From: Phycisphaerae bacterium
GTDB lineage: Bacteria; Planctomycetota; Phycisphaerae; UBA1845
Length of the DNA: 64,000 nt
Direction: 5' to 3'
Assembly (NCBI GenBank): GCA_035344155.1
Contig: DAORAL010000012.1
Coordinates: 19,470 to 83,469, forward strand
Shown here: positions 27,933 to 36,408 of the stretch, piece after piece
How positions within the stretch are numbered: the first letter of the stretch is position 1
Layout: the number at the start of each line of letters is the position of its first letter
Notes under the pieces: generated by a model
The model's input: the letters and a program-made list of their open reading frames with translations, nothing else
Told to the model about the DNA's origin: nothing
Databases searched by the model: none
Position numbers and translations under genes: made by a program

Positions 27933-28718
27933 ATGGCCAACGATGACATCATCATGCTGATTGCACGCGGCCCGCTCTTTCTGCCGCTTTATACGCTGGT
28001 CATGTTCCGCATCAGCGGACTTATGATCTCGGCGCCGCTGTATGGCAGCACCACCGTTCCAGCTCGAATTCGCGTGGGCTTGGCCGCGGTGATCGCGCTG
28101 GCGATGTTTCCCGTTGTCGCGCCGAGCCTTCCGACCGATTTGAACTGGGCGACCGGGCTCGTTGGTGTGTTTGGCGAGTTGATCATCGGTCTGGTGCTGG
28201 GGTTGACCACGACGATCGTATTCACCGGAATCCAGTTGGCTGGCATGGTCATCGGTCAGCAAGCCGGTCTTGGATTGGGACAGGTCTTCAATCCGGCGCT
28301 CGATTCAAACACAACCATCATCGGACAGTTGTTTTTCCTTGTCGCGTTGACGTCGTTCATCCTGATGGGCGGACATCGCGAATTGATGCGGGCGCTGCTC
28401 GACACGTTCAGTTCGATTCCGGTCATGTCGTATCGGAGCGAGCCCAAGATTCTGGAACTGCTGGCCGACGTGCTGACCACGAGCATGGTGACGGCGCTGC
28501 GATTGGTCGCGCCGGTTCTCATGTCACTGTTTGTCACAACGCTCGTGCTCGGGTTTGTGTCGAGAACGATGCCGCAAATGAACATCCTGTCGGTCGGTTT
28601 TGTCGTTCGCACGCTCGTGGCGCTCGCGGTGGCTGGGCTTGCGTTGTCAGCGGCAGATGGACTTTTTGATTCGGTCTTTTCAAAAACGATCATGGACAGC
28701 CGACTGTTCTTCAATTGA
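27933..28718 (+). CDS. fliR: Flagellar T3SS export-gate protein FliR
   Basis: 261-aa polytopic membrane protein between fliQ and flhB. It has the FliR-like pattern LPLYTLVMFRISGLMISAPLYG. Confidence 0.88.
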   Translation: MANDDIIMLIARGPLFLPLYTLVMFRISGLMISAPLYGSTTVPARIRVGLAAVIALAMFPVVAPSLPTDLNWATGLVGVFGELIIGLVLGLTTTIVFTGIQLAGMVIGQQAGLGLGQVFNPALDSNTTIIGQLFFLVALTSFILMGGHRELMRALLDTFSSIPVMSYRSEPKILELLADVLTTSMVTALRLVAPVLMSLFVTTLVLGFVSRTMPQMNILSVGFVVRTLVALAVAGLALSAADGLFDSVFSKTIMDSRLFFN

Positions 28719-28762
28719 TCGAACGATTCAGGCAAAGCAATCGGATGGGAATGTAAGAGTCA

Positions 28763-29848
28763 ATGGCAGATCAGGCTGGAGAAAAAACTGAAGCCGCAAC
28801 GCCCAAACGCAGGCAGGAAGCCCGCGAAAAGGGACAGGTGGCGAAGAGTCAGGATCTTTCGGCTGCGGTCGTGACACTGGCGGCGCTGCTGGCGATCCAG
28901 TTTTTTGGCCCGGCGATGTGGAAGAAGTTGCTGGGATTGATGGAGATTGGGTTGCAGCCGGCGGATTCGCTGACCGGTGGCGAGTTGGGAGCGTTGGCTG
29001 GCTCGTTCGCGGGCGTGATGATGTGGATGTTGGTGCCGATCATGGTGATCGTGTTCATCGCGGCACTGGTGACGCTGTACTGGCAGGTCGGTTGGCTCTT
29101 TACCTGGCATCCGGTGACGCCGTCGCTCTCGAAGATCAATCCGCTGCAAGGCATCAAGCGGATGTTTTCGCCGCGGACGGCTGTCTCGACCGCGATCAAC
29201 ATCGGCAAGATGACGCTGATGGTCGGCGTCGTTTATTGGACAGTTTCCAGCACGATCAGCCAGATCCTGTACGCATCGAGCATGGCCTACATCGACATTT
29301 ATCGATTGGCGGCGTCGATGGTGTTCGACATTGGTTTGCGATTGGCGATCGTGATGCTGATTCTCGCGTTGATCGACTACACGTATCAAAAACGGCGTCA
29401 TGAAAAAGACCTCCGCATGAGCAAGGAAGAAGTTCGCGAAGAACTCAAGCACATGGAAGGCGATCCGCTGATGAAACGCCGCCGCCGCGAAGTGCAGATG
29501 AAACTGGCGATGCAGCGGTTGCAACGTGACGTGCCCAAAGCCGACGTCATCATCACCAACCCGACGCACTTGTCGATCGCCCTGCGCTACGATGCTGAAA
29601 CGATGGCCGCTCCAAAGGTCATCGCCAAAGGCGCGGACTGGATGGCGATGCGGATTCGGCAGATTGCTGCCGCCCACGCGGTGCCGATCGTCGAACGCAA
29701 GGAACTCGCCCGCATGATGTACGACGTGGTCGACGTGGGGCAGGAAGTCCCGCATCGATTCTATGAAGCCATCGCGGAAGTGTTGGCATATGTCTATGAA
29801 CTGTCCGGTAGAAAGTTGGGACCGCGTCCGGTTTCATTGGCGTCCTAG
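28763..29848 (+). CDS. flhB: Flagellar T3SS substrate-specificity switch protein FlhB
   Basis: N-terminus GEKTEAATPKRRQEAREKGQVAKSQDL, four TM segments and the NPTH autocleavage motif (VIITNPTHLSIALRY). Confidence 0.93.
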   Translation: MADQAGEKTEAATPKRRQEAREKGQVAKSQDLSAAVVTLAALLAIQFFGPAMWKKLLGLMEIGLQPADSLTGGELGALAGSFAGVMMWMLVPIMVIVFIAALVTLYWQVGWLFTWHPVTPSLSKINPLQGIKRMFSPRTAVSTAINIGKMTLMVGVVYWTVSSTISQILYASSMAYIDIYRLAASMVFDIGLRLAIVMLILALIDYTYQKRRHEKDLRMSKEEVREELKHMEGDPLMKRRRREVQMKLAMQRLQRDVPKADVIITNPTHLSIALRYDAETMAAPKVIAKGADWMAMRIRQIAAAHAVPIVERKELARMMYDVVDVGQEVPHRFYEAIAEVLAYVYELSGRKLGPRPVSLAS

Positions 29849-29862
29849 GAGAACGCGAGTAG

Positions 29863-31977
29863 ATGGCCGACACCCCTACAGTTAATTCCAAGAAGTTCGA
29901 TGTTCCAGCGCTCGTTGGAAAAATCGTCGATGCGCGCGGATTGCTTCTGCCGATCTTCGCACTCGCGCTGATCGTCGCAATCCTGACGCCGCTGCCCACG
30001 CCGCTGATGGATTTCTTCCTCGCGACCAACATCACCCTGGCCGCCGTCATCATGGTGACCGTGATGTACATTCGCAGCCCGCTGGAATTCTCGTCTTTTC
30101 CGTCTTTGTTGTTGGCGATGACGCTGTTTCGTCTCGTGCTCAACATCGGAACGACCCGGTTGATTTTGACCAATGCCCAGCAAGGTGAAGCGGCTGCTGG
30201 CAAGGTCATCATGGTGTTCGGAAACTTCGTATCCGGTGGATCGATCGCGGTGGCGATGATTATCTTCGCGATCATCGTGGTCATTCAGTTTGTGGTCATC
30301 ACCAAGGGCGCCACGCGAATCGCCGAAGTGGCTGCACGATTCACGTTGGACGGCATGCCCGGTAAGCAGATGGCGATTGATGCCGACCTCAATGCCGGTA
30401 CGATCGACGAAGGTGAAGCAAAACGTCGCCGCAGCGAAATCACCCGCGAGTCAGATTTCTACGGGGCGATGGACGGTGCGAGTAAATTCGTGCGCGGTGA
30501 CGCCATCGCAGGCATCATCATCACGATCGTGAACATCCTCGGCGGTCTTTACGTCGGCATGGTGGAACTCGACCTGTCAGCCGCCGATACGCTTCGCATC
30601 TTTACGAAGCTGACGATTGGTGACGGGCTCGTTTCACAGATTCCGGCATTCATCGTTTCGGTGGCGGCTGCGATGATCGTGACACGCAGCGCGTCGAAGT
30701 CCAACCTGGGTGGTGAGTTGCTGTCGCAGGTGACGGCGCAACCGGTCGCGCTGATTCTTGCCGGTTCGTTTATGGGCGTGTTGATGTTCACGCCGCTTCC
30801 CAAGGTGCCGCTGTTTATGCTCGGTACGGGTTGCGTTTCGATTGCGTTGCTGCTGCGACGTGAAGAAGCCCGTGAAAAGCAGAAGGCGAGCGACAAAGAG
30901 AAAGCCAAGCCGAAAGCCAAGGACCGTCCGGAATCGTTCCTCGCCGTCGAGCCGATGGAGTTGGAAGTTGGTTACGGTCTGATCAAACTCGTCGATCGCA
31001 AGCAGGGCGGTGATCTGCTCGATCGCATCACCAACATGCGGCGTCAGATCGTGCAGGAGTTGGGCATCGTCGTGCCGCCCATCCGCATACGCGACAACAT
31101 TCAACTGCAACCCAACCAGTACGCGATCAAGATGAAGGGGATGGAAATCGCCCGCGGCGAATCGGTACCCGGTCATCTGTTGGCCATCGATTCGGGAACC
31201 GTCACCGACAAGATTCACGGGATGGAAACCATCGAGCCTGCGTTCGGTTTGCCGGCCCTTTGGATTCCGGAATCCGACCGACAGAAAGCCGAAATCCGCA
31301 ACTACACGGTGGTTCCGCCGACGAGCGTGATGGCCACCCACATCACCGAGATCATCAAGCGGCACGGCGATGAACTGCTTACGCGGCAGGAAGTCAATCG
31401 CTTGCTGGATAATCTTCGGGAGCGTGCGCCGAAGTTGGTGGAGGAAGTTGTTCCGAACGTGCTCAAACCGGGCGAGATTCAATCGGTTCTGCAGCGGTTG
31501 CTCCGCGAGCGCGTGCCGATCCGCGACCTTGAAACGATTCTCGAAGCGATGGGCGATTGGGCGCCGCGCACCAAGGATCCCGAGTTGCTCACGGAATATG
31601 TGCGCCATTCGTTGGCCCGGACGATCTGCCATCAGCATCGCGATGACGATGGCAACATCAACTGCATCACGCTGGACCCAGGCATCGAAGAAATGATCAC
31701 GGGGAGCGCCCAGTCGTCGGAGGGTCGGTCGGTGCTGACGCTGTCGCCGGAATTGCAGAAGCGTATTTTGGATGCGATCCGCAAAACGGTTGATCGGGTG
31801 ATGCCTTCGTGCAATGGAAAGACGCCGGTGATTCTCTGCCCGCCGCAACTGCGCATGTGGGTGCGTCGAATCATAGAAGGTTCCCTCGGTTCTGTTCCTG
31901 TGTTGTCGTACAACGAAATTGTCCGAGACGCGGCGATCGAGTCGCGCGCCATGGTGACGATGGATGAAGAATCTTAG
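29863..31977 (+). CDS. flhA: Flagellar T3SS export-gate protein FlhA
   Basis: 704 aa with a FHIPEP-type TM region (RFTLDGMPGKQMAIDADLNAG) and a large C-terminal cytoplasmic domain. Confidence 0.95.
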   Translation: MADTPTVNSKKFDVPALVGKIVDARGLLLPIFALALIVAILTPLPTPLMDFFLATNITLAAVIMVTVMYIRSPLEFSSFPSLLLAMTLFRLVLNIGTTRLILTNAQQGEAAAGKVIMVFGNFVSGGSIAVAMIIFAIIVVIQFVVITKGATRIAEVAARFTLDGMPGKQMAIDADLNAGTIDEGEAKRRRSEITRESDFYGAMDGASKFVRGDAIAGIIITIVNILGGLYVGMVELDLSAADTLRIFTKLTIGDGLVSQIPAFIVSVAAAMIVTRSASKSNLGGELLSQVTAQPVALILAGSFMGVLMFTPLPKVPLFMLGTGCVSIALLLRREEAREKQKASDKEKAKPKAKDRPESFLAVEPMELEVGYGLIKLVDRKQGGDLLDRITNMRRQIVQELGIVVPPIRIRDNIQLQPNQYAIKMKGMEIARGESVPGHLLAIDSGTVTDKIHGMETIEPAFGLPALWIPESDRQKAEIRNYTVVPPTSVMATHITEIIKRHGDELLTRQEVNRLLDNLRERAPKLVEEVVPNVLKPGEIQSVLQRLLRERVPIRDLETILEAMGDWAPRTKDPELLTEYVRHSLARTICHQHRDDDGNINCITLDPGIEEMITGSAQSSEGRSVLTLSPELQKRILDAIRKTVDRVMPSCNGKTPVILCPPQLRMWVRRIIEGSLGSVPVLSYNEIVRDAAIESRAMVTMDEES

Positions 31978-33064
31978 AACAATCAAAGCGAACTCCATGC
32001 CGGAAGCGCTGGCATTGGTGAAAAAGGAACTCGGTAGCGACGCCGTCATCCTGCACACGCGAACGCACCCAAGGCGCAGGCTGCCCGGGGGAGCGTCGAA
32101 GCACGTCGTTGAAGTGACGGCGGCTACCTCGTTGGACGCGGTACCGGAGGCGATGCGCCGGGCGATGTCGCAGGACGGTCAGCCCAGACGCGACTCGGTC
32201 GTTCGTTCGGGAAAGGTGATTCCGTCGAGAGCCTCTGCGGAGAATGCCCCAACGAACACAGCGCCGGATGCGCTCTTTGATGTCTACCGCCGTCTGATCG
32301 AGTCGGACGTTGCCCACGAAATTGCGAGCCAGCTGATTGCGCGCCTGGAAGAAGACCTGTCGCCAACCGACCGGGCGGTTGAAGCAAATGTTAAGACCGC
32401 GCTATCCAAACGGCTATTGAACATGCTCCCTCCGGTCTGTGAAATTGACCTTGCACCGAAGTCCGGACCGGTGGTGGTGGCGCTCGTTGGGCCTACAGGT
32501 GTGGGGAAAACGACGACGGTCGCGAAACTGGCGGCAGACTTTTCGCTGCGTAAGGATCGGTCGGTGGGTTGCATTGCGCTCGACGCCCGCAAGATCGGGG
32601 CGACCGCGCAAATCGAGGCGTATGCAAATATCATTGATGTGCCATTGCAGGTTATTGAGAATACGGCAGAATTACAGGCCGCGATCGCAACCTGGTTTGA
32701 TCTCGATGTGATTTTGATAGACACGCCGGGTTTAAGTCCGCAGGATACAGCCGGTCTGATCGCGCTGACGAATCAGTTGGAGTCCATCGAAGTGGATGAG
32801 ACGCACCTGGTGTTGCCGGCGACGATTGGCGGACGGGCGATGCGCGACGCGGTCGAACGTTTTGCGACGGTGGGGGCGGATCGTTTGCTTCTGACCAAAC
32901 AAGACGAGGCGATCGGGATGGCTGTGATTCTCAACGCGGTCCATCAGACGCAGATGAAGATATCTTACATGACGACGGGCGACGACGTGCCGGATGGAAT
33001 CAGTCTGAGCGCACGCGAGTCGTTGGCCGAATCGATTTCAGCGCAGGTCGCGCTGATGGAGTGA
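31964..33064 (+). CDS. flhF: Flagellar SRP-type GTPase FlhF
   Basis: N-terminus MKNLRTIKANSMPEALALVKKELGSDAVILHT, G1 LVGPTGVGKTTTVAKLA and DTPG. It overlaps flhA by 14 nt. Confidence 0.88.
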   Translation: MKNLRTIKANSMPEALALVKKELGSDAVILHTRTHPRRRLPGGASKHVVEVTAATSLDAVPEAMRRAMSQDGQPRRDSVVRSGKVIPSRASAENAPTNTAPDALFDVYRRLIESDVAHEIASQLIARLEEDLSPTDRAVEANVKTALSKRLLNMLPPVCEIDLAPKSGPVVVALVGPTGVGKTTTVAKLAADFSLRKDRSVGCIALDARKIGATAQIEAYANIIDVPLQVIENTAELQAAIATWFDLDVILIDTPGLSPQDTAGLIALTNQLESIEVDETHLVLPATIGGRAMRDAVERFATVGADRLLLTKQDEAIGMAVILNAVHQTQMKISYMTTGDDVPDGISLSARESLAESISAQVALME

Positions 33065-33948
33065 ACGCAGTGACCCGTTTGCGAAATCCATTTTCGCTGA
33101 AACCCGATGCCGGTCGGAAACGACACGACGCGGCAGCACCGCAGCGCACTCACTCGCCGAACAAACCAATCACCATTGCGATCACCAGTGGCAAGGGCGG
33201 CGTCGGTAAGAGCAACATCGCTGTCAACCTTGCGACGAGCATTCAGCAGCGCGGCCAACAAGTCACGCTCGTCGATCTCGACATGGGGCTCGCCAATGCC
33301 GACGTTCTGCTCAACGCATCACCCGCGCACAACCTCGGACACGTCATTCGTGGATCAAAAAGTGTTCAAGAAGTCGCCCACCGGGTGGGGCAGGGACTGA
33401 CGTTGATCGCGGGCGTCCCAAGTGGCGCCGAAGGCATTCGCAACACGACGCAGATTGACCAGCTTGTTAGCGAGATCAAATCGGCATCGAGTGAATTTAT
33501 CATTTTTGATTGTGCGGCCGGCATTGGTTTCAATGTTACCCATTTTGCGCGGGCTGCCGATGTTGTCCTGGTGGTAACGACCCCAGAACCGACCGCTTTG
33601 GTCGATGCGTACGCTACCGTTAAAACATTATGTAAAGAGGGTTATGACGGTTCTGTTCGGCTTTTGGTCAATATGGTTGAGAGTCGACAGGAAGCTCGCA
33701 AAGCATTTAGTCGTGTGCGAGATGCTTGTGAAAAATTCATAAACTTTGATATTGCGGAAGCCGGCTACGTTCTGCATGATACTCATGTTGAACTTGCGGT
33801 TCGTCAACGCGAGCCGTTTGCTCAGCGGTACCCAAAATGCTCCGCCAGCCTTTGCATCTCTGTCATTGCGACACGATTGGTGGGAGCGCACGCTGGAACC
33901 AACGGACAAAACAAAGGTATTTTTCAGCGCGTCGCGGGAATGTTTTGA
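33061..33948 (+). CDS. flhG: MinD-type ATPase FlhG (YlxH/FleN)
   Basis: Deviant Walker A ITSGKGGVGKSNIAVNLA and a C-terminal amphipathic tail GIFQRVAGMF. It overlaps flhF by 4 nt, and the exact start is uncertain. Confidence 0.85.
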   Translation: MNAVTRLRNPFSLKPDAGRKRHDAAAPQRTHSPNKPITIAITSGKGGVGKSNIAVNLATSIQQRGQQVTLVDLDMGLANADVLLNASPAHNLGHVIRGSKSVQEVAHRVGQGLTLIAGVPSGAEGIRNTTQIDQLVSEIKSASSEFIIFDCAAGIGFNVTHFARAADVVLVVTTPEPTALVDAYATVKTLCKEGYDGSVRLLVNMVESRQEARKAFSRVRDACEKFINFDIAEAGYVLHDTHVELAVRQREPFAQRYPKCSASLCISVIATRLVGAHAGTNGQNKGIFQRVAGMF

Positions 33949-34245
33949 TTGGGGCTTGTCCCTGTGATTTTACAAGATTCGACCGCATGAATGTTTGCGG
34001 TCATTGGAGTTAGGATCAGGCATCGCGAAATCGAATGAGTCGGTTTCGCCAACACCGTCGGCAAGGATGCTGACTGTCACGCTTGATCAGGCGAGTTCTT
34101 CGCCAACGAAGTTTTGGAAGTACGAAACACGGCTTGGTTGACGAGAAAGGATTCTCAATGCTGCCGCATCTCTTTGAGTTCGCCACCATAGCCCTATTCC
34201 AACGAAGGCCCGTCCGCTCATGATGTGCGCGGAGGATGGTGAACC

Positions 34246-34551
34246 ATGGTCGCTCGTTATACAGGCGCGGTGCTAAGCCTCTTTGCATTTGGGTTGGCAT
34301 CCATTGCTGGATTGATTGCCGGGAATCCGCCGGAGGTCGTGTTGTCGCGCGCGTTGTGGGCGCTGGCGGTATTCTGTGTCATTGGGTTGGCAGTGGGAGC
34401 AGCCGCTCAAATGGTGTTGGGCGAGTACGCGATCGAACGCGCTGCGGCTGTCATGCCGAATGAGGATGAAATCGCTCCAGCTATCGATCATGACGAGATT
34501 GTTGATGCCTCGGTTCTTGAACCAGAAGGCAAGGTCAAACCAGGGGCGTAA
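34246..34551 (+). CDS. Small two-TM membrane protein with acidic tail, unknown function
   Basis: 101 aa with a GGAGG RBS 10 nt upstream of the ATG. Two hydrophobic helices (AVLSLFAFGLASIAGLIAG and ALWALAVFCVIGLAVGAAAQMVL) are followed by an acidic C-terminus. It lies between flhG and fliA. Confidence 0.5.
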   Translation: MVARYTGAVLSLFAFGLASIAGLIAGNPPEVVLSRALWALAVFCVIGLAVGAAAQMVLGEYAIERAAAVMPNEDEIAPAIDHDEIVDASVLEPEGKVKPGA

Positions 34552-34730
34552 CGTTTTTTGATTTGTATGGCAGTTCTTCTCGCGGTCGAACTGCAAATTC
34601 TGGACTTGGCGTAAACTGATTTTGCGACAACGGGATTGGCAGGGACGCCGATCTTGACAGCCCGGGTAAAAAATAGGCTGACGCGCAACATCGAAACACA
34701 AATGCAATCGTATCTCACGGAGGAGAATCG

Positions 34731-35513
34731 ATGCCCGCTTTAAGAACCGGTTCGGATGTGCTTGAGGTTTGGAAAGAGTACAAGCTTGCGGGAGGTCGTC
34801 CTCTTCGCAATCGACTGATGGAAACGTATCTGCCCATCGTCAAGTACACTGCCGACCGCATCAGCACGAAACTGCCCGACGAGGTTGATGTCGATGACCT
34901 TGTGTCGGCTGGCATTTTCGGATTGGTCGATGCCATCGAAGCCTATGACATGGAGCGGGGCGTGAAGTTCGAGACATACTGCGCGCCGCGTATTCGCGGG
35001 GCCATGCTCGACGAACTGCGTGCGATGGATTGGGTGCCGCGCCTGGTTCGAAGTCGCGCCAACAAGTTGCAACGCGTATGCAGTTCGCTCGAAGCCGAAC
35101 TTCGCAGGCAACCAACCGACAGTGAGCTCGCGAAAAAGCTCGGCGTCTCCAAAAGTGAACTCGCCAAGATCGTTCGCGATGCGACGGCTGTCTCGCAGAT
35201 TTCGCTTTCACGCAAACACTTTGAAACCGATTCAAGCCGCGACGTCTGCGAGATCGATGTGCTCGAAGACAAGCGTGGCCGCAATCCCGTCGCTGAAGTG
35301 CAGAAGCGCGACCTCAAGAGCTTGATCACCCGAGGGCTCACCCGTGCGGAAAGGCTCATCCTGATTCTCTACTACTACGAAGAGATGACGATGAAGGAAA
35401 TCGGCGCGACGCTCGATCTGTCTGAAAGCAGGGTCAGCCAGATGCACTCGGCGATCTTGAATCGACTGAAATCGCAACTCAAGAACCGTGAACGCGAATT
35501 GTCGCGGGCTTAG
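34731..35513 (+). CDS. fliA: Flagellar RNA polymerase sigma factor (sigma-28, FliA/SigD/WhiG family)
   Basis: Region 2 YLPIVKYTADRI...DLVSAGIFGLVDAIEAYD, region 3, and region 4 LILILYYYEEMTMKEIGATLDLSESRVSQMHSAIL. A GGAGGAG RBS is present. Confidence 0.9.
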   Translation: MPALRTGSDVLEVWKEYKLAGGRPLRNRLMETYLPIVKYTADRISTKLPDEVDVDDLVSAGIFGLVDAIEAYDMERGVKFETYCAPRIRGAMLDELRAMDWVPRLVRSRANKLQRVCSSLEAELRRQPTDSELAKKLGVSKSELAKIVRDATAVSQISLSRKHFETDSSRDVCEIDVLEDKRGRNPVAEVQKRDLKSLITRGLTRAERLILILYYYEEMTMKEIGATLDLSESRVSQMHSAILNRLKSQLKNRERELSRA

Positions 35514-35580
35514 AGCACCTTGAGTCCAAACGCAGCGGCGCGACAGCGTCGTCATTCCCGCGCAGGCGGGAATCCAGGGG
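35511..35580 (+). repeat. 70-bp intergenic repeat, copy 1 (core hairpin ATTCCCGC-GCAG-GCGGGAAT)
   Basis: tagagcaccttgagtccaaacgcagcggcgcgacagcgtcgtcattcccgcgcaggcgggaatccagggg. It starts at the fliA TAG stop and differs at about 5 positions from the copy at 37378. Confidence 0.85.
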
Positions 35581-35924
35581 AAAAACACTGCGATTGGATT
35601 GAGTTCGCCATAGACCGATCGTGACGGCTGCTCCAATCGTTGAATGGCCGTCCCCCGTATCCGCAATCAGCGAGCGTCGACCGCCAATACCCGCGCGGTC
35701 ACGCCATCTACGACCGATAACTCGATTCGAACCGGTCTTCCGCTCGCTCCACGCCACATTGGCGCCCTTGAAGCCAGAATGCCTGGTTCGCTATGTTATG
35801 GTTTCAGGGGGTGTGTCGTCGTTTCACTTTGCGTCATGGCGCTACCAATGCATCGCCGATAAAACCATGAGGCCAGTCACTGGGAAAGAGCGTACGGTTC
35901 ACCTCGACGCACAGGAGACTGGAA

Positions 35925-36239
35925 GTGTCAGATGTGCCTCCAAACATCCTGGGAGCCGCAGCACAAGCCGGATTCGTCGCCGGCATCGCATCACGTGCGC
36001 GCGACGCCGACAGGACGGGCCAGGCCCGAACCGCGGCCAAGCAGATTGAGCAGGCGAGCGACTCGGCCAATAGCGTCGAGACGACCGATGGCGATACAGC
36101 CGTCTTCGCGGATGCTGAAGGGGCTGGCGGTCAGGGGCGTGCATTCGGTGAAGGCGACCAACCTGCGGAAGAAATTGAAGACGTAAAGCCAGACACGGAT
36201 CCAGACGATACGCAGTCACACCTCGACATCAAAATCTAG
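35925..36239 (+). CDS. Small acidic, probably disordered protein of unknown function
   Basis: 104 aa with a GTG start 8 nt after an AGGAG RBS. The N-terminus is amphipathic (NILGAAAQAGFVAGIASRA) and the rest is D/E/G/A-rich (SVETTDGDTAVFADAEGAGGQGRAFGEGDQPAEEIEDVKPDTDPDD). I recognise no motif. Confidence 0.5.
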   Translation: MSDVPPNILGAAAQAGFVAGIASRARDADRTGQARTAAKQIEQASDSANSVETTDGDTAVFADAEGAGGQGRAFGEGDQPAEEIEDVKPDTDPDDTQSHLDIKI

Positions 36240-36408
36240 CGCCATACGCGCTTGATCCAAATCATTGGGAGAGAATGAGCTGGCTCAGCCTGAAATATGG
36301 CTGGGCCACCATTTTTTGTACACCCTGGTGGTCCGGATTCCGCGGTCATTGATGGGCGAAATCGGTCAAACGCTGGGCTGGGAAATGGTCAATTGGTAGA
36401 CTGATTCC

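Noticed and set aside
34552-34730. TTGACA at about 34656 and TGGCAG motifs upstream of fliA, as possible sigma-70 or sigma-54 promoters.
   Set aside because: No acceptable -10 hexamer lies at 16-18 nt from TTGACA, and the TGGCAG elements lack a correctly spaced GC. This is not enough to call a promoter.
35715-35745. The GATTCGAACC string, resembling the T-arm of a minus-strand tRNA, in the fliA-downstream spacer.
   Set aside because: The flanking bases do not form a T-stem, acceptor stem or anticodon arm, so no cloverleaf can be drawn.
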